From Octopus vulgaris (lineage: Eukaryota): DNA of 64,000 nt. A program made the position numbers and the translations under genes. Shown here piece after piece: positions 13,246 through 26,650 of the stretch (the stretch's first letter is position 1; each line of letters opens with the position of its first letter). The notes below the pieces were generated by a model. That model saw only the letters and a program-made list of their open reading frames with translations, ran no database searches and was not told the DNA's origin. Location: the NCBI GenBank assembly GCA_951406725.2, contig OX597822.1:38068001-38132000 (forward strand), written 5' to 3'.

Positions 13246-13414
13246 AAGCTAACACTTAGGCAAACAACGACTGCAAATCTTTTTGGGTAAATCAGTGTTA
13301 CCATTCTTGACTACAAGATGTGTCCGTGTTTTGGCGAATCACATAAAAACTTATTAGGCCTTTTCATTAGAATGCCACGTAAGTGCAAATACATGCATGT
13401 TACCTTTTGATTAT

Positions 13415-13903
13415 CCTTTCTACTATAGGCACACAAAGGCTGACATTCTTGGGGAGGGAGCCAGTCGATTAGATCAACCCCAGTACGCAACTGGTACTTA
13501 ATTCATCGACCCCGAAAGGATGAAAGGTAAAATCGACCCCGGCGGCATTTGGACCCTGAACATGACAGAAGAAATACCGCTAAATATTTCGCCCGGCATG
13601 CTAACGATTCTTTTCTACTCTAGACACAACGACCAAAATTTTGGGGGAGGGGCAGTCGATTAGATTGACCCCAGTAATTTATCAACCCCGAAAGGGTGAA
13701 GAGCAAAGTCGACACTGACGGCATTTGAACCCAGAATGTGATGACGGATGAAATACCTATTTCTTTACTACACACAAGGGACTAAACACAGAGGAGACAA
13801 ACAAGGACAGACAGACGGATTAAGTCGATTATATCGACCCCAGTGCGTAACTGGTACTTAATTTATCGACCCCGAAAGGATGAAAGGCAAAGTCGACCTC
13901 GGC
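13415..13903 (-). mobile_element. Three tandem partial SINE family B modules
   Basis: Repeated gaccccag...atcgaccccgaaaggatgaaaggcaaagtcgac blocks. Confidence 0.85.
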
Positions 13904-14934
13904 CGGTACTTACACTATCCCTCACCGCTTGACGATCGGAGTTGGTTTGTTTATGTACCTGTTACTTAGCGGTTTGGCAAAAGACACCGATAGAATAAGT
14001 GCCAGGGATCAATTTGTTCGACTAAAAAACCCTTCAAGGCGGTGCTCCAGCATGGCAGCAGTCAAATAACTGAAACAAGTAAAAGAATAAAAAAAAGTTA
14101 TAAACAATAAAAGTCAGGAAGTATGAGAGGTGAATACATTCATTTTATCACTTGACATCGTTAGGATGACGGCCGTTTCGTAGCCTTCATGTAGTAATAA
14201 TTTCAGTATGGAGGAATTTCAGTGTGAAAGAAATTATGCTTGCATATTTGCATTAATATGCATGCTCGGCATTATTCAATGCAATTGTACATTCACAAAT
14301 CAATACAAATAAAGCTAGGCTCACTCCGGTTGTTTACGAGCTTTTTTACGATTTTTGCTTTCCGTAACTTTTCAGTATCCATAAAGTCAGCGATTTTCGG
14401 TTACAAGTCTTTCTGTTGTTTGACGATGCAACAGACGGGGGCGTACATTTTTATGAAATGTGTGGTTTCTAGAAATATAACACCACATCCGGATAGAATA
14501 TGTGTGTAATGTGTGTGTATGTGCGTGCGTATATGTGTATGTGAGCGCCCGATGATTGATTGAATGTGCTAGTGTGCGTACATTTGGAAGCACAAGTGTG
14601 TATGCATGTGTATATATACATACTTATATGCATATATATGTATAAAGATATGTGTGTGTATGTATGTATAAGTATATATATATATATGTAATTAATATGC
14701 AACACCTACTGATCCATATTGTTCCAGACAGTGTCCATTAAACAAAACTCTTCACTTTCACAATATCTTATGTTGCAGTTCTCATATTTCTAAATTATAT
14801 TTTTCATTTCACTACGTTCTGTCAAATTTGTTTAAATTTTTCTTCATATAAATGTGATATACATACATATATCTATACATGTATATACACATACGTATAT
14901 ATGCTTGTATATATTTTTTCTTGCATGTATACGT

Positions 14935-14999
<65 letters not shown>

Positions 15000-15205
15000 T
15001 ATACCTGTATATGTATGTATACTTACATATGTGTGTAGGTGTCTCTATACATATACATATATATGCATATATATCTGAGTGTATGTATGTGCATGTGTAT
15101 ATATATATATATATATACACGTGTGTGCGCGTGTGTATGAGTATGTATATATATATATATATATATACATACATACATACATACATACATACATACATAC
15201 ATACA

Positions 15206-15236
<31 letters not shown>

Positions 15237-15289
15237 GTGTGTGTACGTGTGTAGTTACAAATGAACGAAATGTTTGACTCAAGTTATTG

Positions 15290-17572
15290 TATATACACAA
15301 AATAAAGTTAAAATAAAGAAGAAACTCTGTTGAAATAGTTGTGGTATCATTTTTCGGTATATTAAATAACAAATAATAATTGCTATATACTTCATAAATG
15401 TATTAATATTTTCACATATAATACCAACCGGTTTACACTCTTGCAGTTATCTAAAGAGAATGAGTAGTTTGCATTTTAAGTATCTTTAAAAATACACGTT
15501 ACACTTTGCCATGCTTGTCTTTATATAAGAGTGTTCTTTATAACAAAGCATGTTGTTCCCTGCGTTTTCTTTTATTTATCAAACGTTTAGCTTTGGCTTT
15601 CTTAATAAATTGCTTTTCTTTGTTTATTCGGTATCGTTTCATAGTTGAAACTGAGCGTTTATGTAATGGAAATATTCTGGAATTAGATAGGTCCATTACT
15701 CCATATATTCCTATATGACTGTCTAATAAGGTTTTTTTTTAATTTTTCTTATGATTAATTATTATCTGTACACTATCAATCCTTGCGTAGTGACCACATG
15801 GTTTGTCCGATGTAATTTTCTAATCATCCACAACATGTCACAGAGATTAAATTCTGAGAACTGCAAGTAAAACACTCTTTTACTTTAAAAGTTTGTCGAT
15901 TCTTAAATTTGAAGTCTGAACTTTTGGTCAAATATAGGAATGTATCGCAAATTTTTCTTTCATATTTGTAACAGTGAGATCTGAAACTAATTTGCGAACA
16001 TTTTCCAAACTTAGTATATCTTAGTATAACTTAGTATAACCAATGTCTTAGGTTGCATTTTACTTTTGACGACTTGTTGATTTTTTTAAAAAATGTAACA
16101 TTTTCTATTTTCACATAAAATAGTCAAGTCTTTTTATTTTTATACATATAAATATGATAAAATGTTTCTGTATTTCTCGGGTTAAATGTTGAGACGTAGA
16201 GCAAAAGATTTTTTCTTGGTTTTACATTTCGTTCTCCTTTGAAATAGAATATTTATACATTCTGCCTTTTTAAAGTTTATTTGTAATTAGATTTTAATGA
16301 CAACATTATTTGAACAAGTATGTTTTCAATTCGTCCAGTCTTTGATCACCTTCGGTAAAATTCGATGCTATTTTTAAATACTTTTTCCTTGTTGAATGTA
16401 AAGTTCTTTCTTGTTTGTTCAGGATATTAAGATGAGAAGAGAAGCTACAGCTTTGAATCTGTCAGTTTATTGTATATATATATGTTTCTATCTTCCCGTG
16501 TTTTCATGTCTAAAACGGCATTTCTTTCATATTATGGCTTATGTTGTTAAACACAATTTTAAATTCCATAAGTTTATCGAGATTGTCGTGCCATAAAATG
16601 AAAAAGTCATCTAGATATCTTTTTCGAGTATCTTTTAAATCTATATAAAGCTGAAGTTGTCTGCGTGTGGCAGGTTTGGTAGCCTTCAACTAACACTATC
16701 TCCTCCAAGACCCTGTGGCGCAAGTTGACCAAAATTGAGAGTATGATAGAAGGCTTGCTCTTCCTTCCGTAGAAGATAAAATTCAAATCGGACCATATTA
16801 AAACCAAAAATTATTTACATAAAAAAGGTGCTTTTTTTCTATGAAAATCCCTATTTTTTACGATTTTTTGACTGCTGTGTCGCCATTTTTCGGTGTATTT
16901 CAACCAGAAAATGTTCACTTAAAGAGAATAACAAGCTACATAATGCAAATTTTTTACTTTTCAAAAATTCCAATTCTAAAGGGTCGAAACAAACCCGAGC
17001 AACGCCAGGCGATACTGCTAGTATGAGTAAAATGTGTTTCATAATATTTATAAAGATTCATCACTATCTTGGCATAGTTGGAGGCAAATGTTGTATCCAT
17101 CACAGTCCTTGATAGCTATCAGTACGTTGAGTCACGAATACGACAGCAAATCAATTATGAGAAAATTCGGAAAATGTCGTTTTGAAAACAAATAGCAACA
17201 TGTGTAGAATAAACTTTATAGACGCTCTGATTCAAAAACAGAACAACAAATAAACAAACGAAAACAAACGAAAACGAAAGAAATATAGCCCATGCCATAC
17301 AGTTCAATAAACAAAAACTATGAATAATAGAACACTCTTACACAAAGACTAGCGTGGCAAGCGGTAGCATTGTTCTAAGGTACTTCAAAAGGAAACTACT
17401 TATTCTCCTTGAACAGTGCCAAGGGGCTAAAGCTGTTGGTATTAAATATAAGAATATTGATATAACAAAAGGGGATATAGCATTTATTATCATTTGCTAA
17501 TAAATATATCGTAAAAGAATACGACAGCTTTTTCAACTGAATTGTGTATTTTCATTTTTATTTTGTGAATAT
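15290..17572. repeat. Old inverted repeat pair (about 15290-15665 / 17215-17572), probably decayed PLE terminal repeats
   Basis: Collinear reverse-complement matches, e.g. cacaaaataaa..gttgaaatagttgtggtat and gtctttatataagagtgttct; remnant aaaccggtt-ggt hammerhead end. Confidence 0.65.
16640..17021 (+). mobile_element. Non-autonomous Helitron
   Basis: 5' TC, 3' CTAG, subterminal hairpin cccgagcaacgccagg, inserted between A and T without TSD. Confidence 0.85.
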
Positions 17573-17598
17573 ACATATACATACATACATAAATATAC

Positions 17599-17703
<105 letters not shown>

Positions 17704-17885
17704 GTTAAGTAAACCAGAAAAGCTTTGTTAGTTACGGAGAGAAAGCTACTATGGAAGACTCATGGTATAATAATAACTATATAATAATATATCATAATAA
17801 TACATATTTCTGGTTTGTTTACAAATATTATATGTAGTATTAGACAGTTTAAGTATATTGTCATTAAATCTGGCTGGAATTGATG

Positions 17886-17975
17886 GGTGAGCGTTTGGCC
17901 TCATCGGATACGCAAGGAGCCATATTAGCGTTGGTTTGTGGGTTCGATTCTAACTAGGGTTAGCTCACTATTTTT
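17886..17975 (+). other. tRNA-like / Pol III-type unit (likely SINE head or tRNA pseudogene)
   Basis: A-box-like tggcctcatcgg, B-box ggttcgattc, closing stem gtgagc/gctcac, T5 run; no canonical cloverleaf. Confidence 0.4.
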
Positions 17976-18063
17976 CCGACATTTGTCTGTATCTAAAATT
18001 GTTGCTTCAAATCGGAGAATATACACACATGCATACACAAACACACATACATACCTACATACC

Positions 18064-18142
<79 letters not shown>

Positions 18143-18939
18143 AACAGATAATTAATAGGCAATCCGAAGTAATTGTATCATGCTAACATAAGATGAAGGC
18201 ATCTTTCCGAGAATATGAACAGAACATTATGAAACATAGAAACACTAACCATCATTAGCTCTAACGGAACAAGAGAAGAACATATAAACGAACTAAACCA
18301 AAAAAAAACCCATTATTTTCCTATGCTATATCACTGTACCTCCAGAAGTTATTAAAAAGAGCCATTAAGCGAATATCGTTTGTCAACTTACACAATAAGC
18401 TTCAACACCAAAACAAAAGATTGCTTCTTGGCCCTACAACATCTGAATTCATTGAGGAAGTGCCTGAACTATACTACCCATCCCAACATGTGCACACATA
18501 AATGTCAAAACAAACCCAGCCTTACCGCACACTTTTCCCTTTCCTTTATCATTACCATTCCTTTCTGTTTTTCCCTTACCTTCTATTCTTCCCTACCAAA
18601 TACACACAGAACTGCCCACATACCCCAATGAACCTTTTAATCGGCAAAAACTGATAAACATCCTTCAGTCAAACATTCGTTACTTCCAATTTTAATGCCA
18701 TACCGCCTGATGTCCATGGATATTACGCATTGTACTATAATCATCCCAGAAATACGGACTACACTCGTAAGAAACACGTGATTTGTGGATACGTGTGTAG
18801 CAATACTTTATTCTTTTATTCTTTTACTTGTTTCAGTCATCTGACTGCGGCCATGCTGGAGCACCGCTTTTAGTCGACCAAATCGATCCCAGGACCTATT
18901 CTTTGTAAGCCTAGTACTTATTCTAAGCCTAGTACATAT

Positions 18940-19135
18940 CGTCAGCGACTAAGGGACATGCTCAACTGGTCATGGTCAAACAAATGACAAGCAAATCTGT
19001 GGTATTGAGCAGAATATTTGCTGTAGCCCATCTTTTATACCAAGACAAAACAATGTACATGATAACACTTCCAATCAGTTAAGATCAGAAGCCATGAGAA
19101 CCACTGTCTTGTACTACATCAGGGCATTTATTATT
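18940..19135 (+). mobile_element. Retroposon 3' end with (TTA)n tail; SINE A tail adjacent at 18806-18925 (-)
   Basis: Short ORF end (QRLRDMLNWSWSNK*) and UTR running directly into (TTA)n. Confidence 0.45.
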
Positions 19136-19149
19136 ATTATTATTATTAA

Positions 19150-19204
<55 letters not shown>

Positions 19205-19247
19205 GTTATTATTATTATTTAAAGGTCACAATACATGCTACTAATAA

Positions 19248-19300
19248 GTGCTACTAATAGTTTCACATGTTGAGAGAACTCAAACATATTCTTCAGGTGC
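19248..19300 (-). ncRNA. Hammerhead ribozyme motif (left arm of inverted pair, stem I degenerate)
   Basis: Reverse complement: gcac-CTGAAGA-atatgtttgag-ttct-ctcaacatgt-GAAA-ctattag-TA-gcac. Confidence 0.6.
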
Positions 19301-19565
19301 ATAATGAACTAAAATGAATTGAATAAAAAAAAGAAACGTGATGAAGCTGAGAATGCAGCATATAGAAAACGCACACAGTAAACAACGGAAAACGAAACAC
19401 GGAAAACGAAACTAAAATGTCAAAAGGTAAAATATGCCATCCTCCTTAGGCCTCAAATGATAAGGCTGGAAATATATCAAGTCAGCCAGGCATAGGCAGA
19501 ATTTTCCTATTATGCATGCAACCACTGAAAATTTCTGACCTGGAGTTCAACAGAGAGTTAGGTTT

Positions 19566-19618
19566 GCGCCTGAAGAATATACTTGAGTTCTCTCAACATA
19601 TGAAACTATTAGTAGCGC
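19566..19618 (+). ncRNA. Type I hammerhead ribozyme
   Basis: gcgc-CTGAAGA-atatacttgag-ttct-ctcaacatat-GAAA-ctattag-TA-gcgc: intact core, three stems, GUA site. Confidence 0.8.
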
Positions 19619-19742
19619 TTTAATACATGTATTGTGACCTTTAAATAATAATACTTATCTCTCACCAGATAGAGTACTTTTTTATTGAATTTTCTATCGC
19701 GGATCAGTACATTACATACATAAACATACATAGACACATACA

Positions 19743-19794
<52 letters not shown>

Positions 19795-20085
19795 GGACTC
19801 TCCCGTCGTCAGACGACGTATGAGGGTTCGACAATTTTTCACCGAACAACCACACAGACGATTTGTTTATAGTGATCAAAGGTTTGTGTAGACCTAAGCC
19901 CACACCTTCCATCAGATTGACATTACCTGTAGACTGGTGCCACATGTCAGATATCGAAATGATCGCAGAGCAAAGTGAAATGAAGTGATTTGCACAATAA
20001 CACAACGCAACGCCCGGTCTGGGAATCGAACCCACGATCTCGCAATCGTAAGTGCAACACCCTAAGCTCTACGCCATGTGCCTTC
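19795..20085 (-). mobile_element. tRNA-derived SINE family C
   Basis: Head gggttcgattcccagaccggg on minus strand; body homologous to 52862-53165 (+). Confidence 0.8.
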
Positions 20086-20088
20086 ACC

Positions 20089-20155
<67 letters not shown>

Positions 20156-20159
20156 CATG

Positions 20160-20306
20160 TAGTCTTAGTTTTAAAGGTTTTAGTTGCCAATTTTGTACAA
20201 GACATTGTAGATCTTTAGCTGGGCTAAAAAGTCACATTCGATCACAGCACCAGTAACAGTTAAGATTCGTGCAATGGCCATACTCGACAACGAGGGGGCA
20301 GTCATA
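20160..20306 (+). mobile_element. RTE-like LINE 3' end with C2H2-type motif
   Basis: GFSCQFCTRHCRSLAGLKSHIRSQHQ* followed by short tail. Confidence 0.6.
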
Positions 20307-20401
20307 ATACATATACATATATAGTTACTCCAAACATGAACAAAGAGAAAACACAACATGCGAGGACGTGGGACGCGCAAGAAAGGAAAGAAAGAAGGGG
20401 G

Positions 20402-20436
20402 ATTTAACGTTTCGAACGGAGCTCTTCGTCAGAAAC
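20402..20436 (-). ncRNA. Minimal hammerhead ribozyme in PLE-type repeat (20330-20510)
   Basis: Reverse complement: gttt-CTGACGA-a-gagc-tcc-gttc-GAAA-cg-TT-aaat. Confidence 0.7.
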
Positions 20437-20546
20437 TTAGAAAAGGGAAGATCCAAGGAAGGGAAGACGGAGAAAGAAAATCGCCAACGATACACACGCG
20501 GTCACATCATATATATATATATGTACAGGTATTATATATTATATAT

Positions 20547-20627
<81 letters not shown>

Positions 20628-20632
20628 CACAG

Positions 20633-20978
20633 AGGCGTGGAATGTGTGGTAAGAAGTTTGATGCCAACTATATGGTGTTCCGGGTTCAGTCCCGCTGCGT
20701 GGCAACCTTGGGCGGCTGTTCTCTACTACAGCCTCGAGTCGACCAAGGCCTTCTGAGTGGATTTGGAAAACGGAAACTGAACGAATCTTGACGCGTGTGT
20801 TTGTGTAACTTTATGTGTGTCTTTGCTTTTTAGCTTTCTCCCACCATCGCTCGGCAACCGGTGTTGGTGCGTTTACGTCCCTGTAACATAGTGGTTCGGT
20901 AAAAAGAAGCGATAAAATAAGTGCAAGGCTTAAAAAAATACATAAGTACCGAGGTCAATTCGATCAACTAAAATTCTT
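20633..20978 (+). mobile_element. SINE family A
   Basis: Head and body match; 3' end interrupted by next element. Confidence 0.8.
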
Positions 20979-20984
20979 ACATAC

Positions 20985-21347
20985 ATGTTTTGTTGTGGAA
21001 ATCAGCTGCCCTTTGGATACGAATGTGGTTAGAAAAATACAAGAGAAAGAGAACATCTATGGACCGTGGATAAGGAGTTTGCAGTCCCCAACATACACTT
21101 TCAGCTTCATACCTATTATCATTGGAGTAACAGGATAATAACAACCAGTCTGGAGCAAAGTATGGCTGAACTTGGGATCTTGGGGAGCAGAATGCAAATC
21201 CTTAATTCATAGTCTACAAATGTTTGGGACTATAAATATCTGCAAGACCTTCGTAAGAGTTAAAGGATGACGGTTGAAAGACGATACTTCTATTCACAAC
21301 TTTGTTACCAAGTAGGTCTTCTAAAATTAAAAAGAGAACGCGAAGAT
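20985..21347 (+). mobile_element. RLE-type (R4/Dong-like) retrotransposon 3' fragment
   Basis: VVEISCPLDTNVVRKIQEKENIYG...GTINICKTFVRVKG*, homologous to 23836-24351; ends in (TACA)n. Confidence 0.75.
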
Positions 21348-21462
21348 ATACATACATACATGCATACATAAATGCATACATATATGCATACATACATACA
21401 TGCATGCATGCATGCATACATACATACATACATACATACATACATACATACATACATACATA

Positions 21463-21809
21463 CAGTGGCGGACTAGGTCTAAAAATATTGGTTACCTGTG
21501 AACTAAGGGGGCCCACCCGCAACTACAAGGGGGCCCACCCGCAACTACAAGGGGTTCACCAGCAACTACAATGCTATCATTTATTTATTTATTTATTTAT
21601 TTATTGTTAAAAGTTTTCTTTTCAACTGTCTACAAACACAACCAGGCTGAAATAATCAATGTATTCTTCCAGGAGTGAATAAAAGATTCTCAAACTTGAG
21701 GGGATGGGCCACCTAGATACTAAGATGCCCCCCCCCCATATATGGATTCTAATGGCGCAGGGATCCACTTACCATCGGGCAAGCTGGAAACTTATCCTGT
21801 CCTCCACTG
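21463..21809. mobile_element. hAT-like MITE
   Basis: TIRs CAGTGGCGGAC / GTCCTCCACTG; flanks catacata / catacaaa (7 of 8, possible TSD); internal 22-bp tandem repeat agggggcccacccgcaactaca. Confidence 0.65.
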
Positions 21810-22400
21810 CATACAAATTATAATTGGTACATCTGATTCTCTGAGTAAATGCCTAAAAAGAAATAAGCCAGCTAACTCCTACATTACTAATACAAACTGT
21901 AAGTGGAACAGTAAAAATATGCAAAACTGTACTCAAGTTCAAAATATGACATCGATTTTGTTACTACATTCCAAACACAGTTTTGTAACTTTATAAGAAC
22001 CAGCTACTTCATTACAGGAAGACTTCAAATAACTATGAAAAGAAGATAACATACATACATACATACATACATACATACATACATACATACATACATACAT
22101 ACATACATACATACAATTTCAGTTCACATATATCCAATAATAATTGATGCACTTATTTTTGTGTGTAAATGGCTAAGTGACAATATGGAGAGGCTAGGGT
22201 TTTGAGAAAAAGAGATCAACTAACTCGTTCATTACAAATACAATTTGTAAGGGGAACAGTAAAAATATGGAAGACTTTTTTCGAGTTTAAAATGTGACAT
22301 TGTTTTTGTTATCTACCAACGATAGGGCTTTGTATCTTTGTAAGAACCAGCCATAAAACTTCAACAAAACTGAAAAAATAGCGGTAATAAATATACAAAA
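21810..22400 (+). mobile_element. Two further RLE-type retrotransposon 3' ends separated by (TACA)n
   Basis: LIQTVSGTVKICKTVLKFKI* (~21890-21950) and DNMERLGF...LQIQFVRGTVKIWKTFFEFKM* (~22180-22297). Confidence 0.7.
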
Positions 22401-22854
22401 CAAAAAGTAGAATTAAGCCCATGCCCCAGCATGGCTGCAGTCCATTAATTGAAACCACGGAAAGAATAAACGCATTAAGAAGACATATATGCATGTACGC
22501 ACATAAATAAATACATGCATTCATACATACTTATATACATACATGCATACATACATACATACATACATACATACATACATACATACATACATACAAAAAC
22601 GCGCGCGCACCTTGCACACACACACACGCACACACATACACATGTACATACATACATACATACATACATACATACATACATACATACATACATGTCTACC
22701 TAAAAGACAGTATGCCATTGTCAACGACTGGTGGCGCTCGAAGTCACTGTCAACGTTTTACTTATAAAAATGAAGATGATAATCTAGTTAATTGAATTAC
22801 GTGAGTCTTCAATTAATGGTTTACTGCTTTTATATTAAATATAACACACACACC

Positions 22855-22934
<80 letters not shown>

Positions 22935-23101
22935 ACCCTACAGACAGACAGGTGTGGACAAAAGTAAGTATGCAGTTGCTTAATACGAGCGGAATTTTTT
23001 TTCATTTCTCTCTCGTTTTTACGGTATGAAAAGTATATTCCATTCATATTAAGTAACTGTAGATACCTACTTTTGTTCATTCGTGTGTGTGTATATATAT
23101 G

Positions 23102-23172
<71 letters not shown>

Positions 23173-23250
23173 ATCACAGTCCAACGAATGAAACAAGTAA
23201 AAGACATATATACATACACACACCTATATATATATACATATATGTGTATG

Positions 23251-23315
<65 letters not shown>

Positions 23316-23442
23316 GTATATATTCATGTATATATGTGTGTGTATATATATAGGTGTGTGTGTATATGTATATATATTTATATACATACATACATACATA
23401 CATACATACATACATACATACATACATACATACATACATACA

Positions 23443-24552
23443 TTTCTTTCTCTCATAACCTAGAATACACGACCAAAGAAGTCGCACGGCTCCACCGCAA
23501 CATATCGTCAGATGAAAGGATGAGCCCATTTGAGTAGAAGACTATGCATGGACAAGTTAATAGAAAGTTACAAGATGATAGGAACATTGATCATCCAAGC
23601 AGTCATCATAGACCAATTGCCGGATTACTACCTCCAACTTTGAAGGTATGCGTTTGCAATCCAGGAACAGGTAAAAACTCAACCAAATACCTGATACACA
23701 AAATGGATAGAGATGCAGGAAAAGCAGTAAAATGTGACAACCGATACAGACATTGTGGAATTAACACCGAAGATATCACCCACATCATAAGCAGTTGTCC
23801 GAAAATGTCATAACGGTATTATCTACTGATGAGACATGATGTTGCTAGGACACTCTAATGAAATCCGACGGAAATATAACAACGAGGACAAAGAAATAAG
23901 GACCCACAGTATGGTAGAAGCCATAGCCATTCATAATAAAAAGAAGAACTTGTGGAACGACCCAGTGAAGACCTCAGTAAAATGTAAACACAACAGACCT
24001 GTTATGATTATTTGGGATAGAGAAGAAAAACTGTGTACAGTTGTGGAAATTAGCTGCCTAGCGGATGTTAACATAAAGCAGATCAGTGAAAAAGAGAAAA
24101 TCTATGATGAACTATTGAGAAATCTACTGTTACTCTATCCAGATTACAAGTTCAGGTTTATACCTGTAAATATTGGGGCCCTGGGATATGTAACACACTG
24201 CCTAAATACCAATCTTGAGAAATTAGGTTTCTCAAAACCAGAAAGGAGAAAGCTGATACGAAGACTGCAGGTCCAATCCATCACTCGAACTGTAAAAATC
24301 AGTAAACTTTTTCCAGAAGTTTATCATTTAAATATATATGAGCATGTCTAGATATGCAACTATATGCACGAGAATATATACATAAAGCAAAACAGACAAA
24401 TCTGCATATAAACATATATGCATACATGCATACATACAAAACAAAAATACTCTGTTGTTGATGTTGAAATTCCAATGAAGGAACCTTGGATCTAGGTTCG
24501 AAACCGGCTCTTTCTCTATTGGCAAGAAATCTTGAAATAAACTGTACAATGA
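23443..24552 (+). pseudogene. RLE-type (R4/Dong-like) non-LTR retrotransposon, 5'-truncated
   Basis: Zinc knuckle remnant HCGINTEDITHIISSCP, RHD motif, KHNRP..IIWD..VVEISC endonuclease, FIPVNIGALG; (TACA)n on both sides. Confidence 0.88.
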
Positions 24553-24801
24553 CATACATACATACATAATGTAACACGAGGATGGAGGACATCAGTATTG
24601 ATTTGCTGATCACAAATGTTGTGATCTACTATTAAAGCTGATGTCTTCCGTCCTCATGTTATATTGTTCTTGTATATCTGCATATACACGTACACAGAAG
24701 CACACGCACACATACACACATGTGTGTATATATGTATATGCATGCATATATACACATATACATCATATACATATATGAGTAAATATACATACATATATAT
24801 G

Positions 24802-24866
<65 letters not shown>

Positions 24867-25297
24867 ATATATATATATATGTATGTATGCGTGTATATCA
24901 CTGTTTCACCCAGTTTACTGGTTATCGTTATACATCGCTTGTCACAATACACTTCCTTGAATCATAATAGCTTTCTAATGATGCTACCCCCACTGACTAA
25001 GTAAACAGGCCAACGTTAACCATGAGCTGAATGCCAGTCCCCCATAGAGTTACCCATTTACAGGTGAGTGGACTGGACCCAAGTGAAATGAAGTGTTTTG
25101 CTCCTGAACAGAACGTACCGCCAGCTGAGAATCGAAATTAATATCTTAAGATCGTGAGTGCGACACTCTAACCACCAGGCCATACCGTGCTGATTATATG
25201 TCTGTGTATGTATGTGCATACACACACGTATCTATGTATGTGCGTATGTATGTGCATATCTATATTTACATCTATCTATCTACTATCTATCTATCTA

Positions 25298-25356
<59 letters not shown>

Positions 25357-25361
25357 TATAA

Positions 25362-25600
25362 CGACCTCGATCCCACAAGAGTAAACAAGAGAGACAGTGA
25401 CAGGCAGAAACAAGGAAAATGCCACTTGTATTTGTATTTGAACACTATGCAAATATTCTTTTGAAAAACTATTTTTTTAATTTTTCCAAAATTTAATTGT
25501 TTTCCATACTTGCAGTTGAAAAAGTCTCAATGACTGAAACCGGTACTGAAATGTTTTTTATAAAATTTTTTTAGCATTTTCTATCTTGACTTTTTTTCCA
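25362..25600 (+). mobile_element. Solo PLE pseudo-LTR homologous to 33920-34148
   Basis: Collinear similarity; flanked by (TA)n. Confidence 0.8.
25513..25548 (+). ncRNA. Minimal hammerhead, U3:A8 variant
   Basis: cag-TTGAAAA-agtc-tcaat-gact-GAAA-ccgg-TA-ctg. Confidence 0.7.
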
Positions 25601-25618
25601 TATATATATATGTTCAAA

Positions 25619-26650
25619 GGAATACTAAAAATGAGACAAGAACGCAAAACATCCAGACAGATGATACAAAAAATGAGACAAGAACGCAAAACATCCAGAC
25701 AGATGATACAAAAAAGGGACAATAAAACATTCAGGCAGACGATACAAAAAAAAAACAAGTACGGCTCATTCGGAGTTTCCTTTCTTCAGTCGAGTTCCAG
25801 ATTATCTTTGCAATTTTGGCTGGTTATACTCGAGATTACTCCAATCTGGCCAGCTCCAACGAAAAACTAACCTAAGAGCACTAGATTCATCGGAAGAAAG
25901 CAAGCAAACGTATACAAAAACAAGAAAAAAACGTCGTATACATTCGCTGCTTTCTTCCAAGGAATCTAGTGCTCTTAGCTTAGTTTTTCTTTGGGGCTGA
26001 CCAAACTGGAGCAATCTCGAGTATAACCAACCGAAATTGCAAAGATAATCTGGAACTTGACTGAAGAAAGAAAACTCCAAATGACCCGTCCTTGTTTTTT
26101 TTTATTATTTGTATCGTCTGTATGAATGTTTTGTTGTCCCTTTTTGTATCATCTAACTGCCTGGATGTTTTGTGTTCGTGTCTCATTTTTGGTATTCCTT
26201 TTTAGATAAATATAGCGGCGTACGTACACTTTGGTCTCTTATACATACATATATATATATATAAATTTTGTACGACTCTATTATTCTTTCATCAGTCCCT
26301 TCACACTTACTTCGTTCTTTCCACTCTTCTTTATTTCTTTCCCTCTCTCACATTTCGTGGCTTTCTCTTCATTCTCATCTCCCCTCTTCTTTCACTTCAC
26401 TATGTTCTTTTCATTTTTCCTCGTCTCTCCCTAATTCTTCTATCCATCTGCCTCTACCTCTCTCTCATCTCTCTCCACGTGACCGGGATTCGGCCAAGCC
26501 TGACCTATCCTTCTTGGTTTCGACTACCACCCGTGCAACATCTATATTCCTCCCTATGCCAGTCATCTCTCATGTCCCTGCAGTAAGGCTTCACTTCCAC
26601 ACACGTCAACTTAACTTAATTCATCCTTAGTCGAAAGACACCTGTAGTTA
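25619..26650. mobile_element. Inverted pair (25619-25915 / 25936-26198) plus continuation, same family as 207-1532
   Basis: Arms are diverged reverse complements; 41-bp tandem duplication in left arm; CTGAAGA at 26061-26067 (+) and 25783-25789 (-); 26215-26650 resembles 756-1160. Confidence 0.8.

Noticed and set aside
14160-14285. Minus-strand GAAACGGCCGTC hammerhead 3' half
   Set aside because: No convincing 5' core or stem I; a similarly weak case at ~18705-18760 was also left uncalled
21505-21572. 22-bp repeats as CRISPR-like array
   Set aside because: Head-to-tail with no spacers, inside a MITE, eukaryotic context
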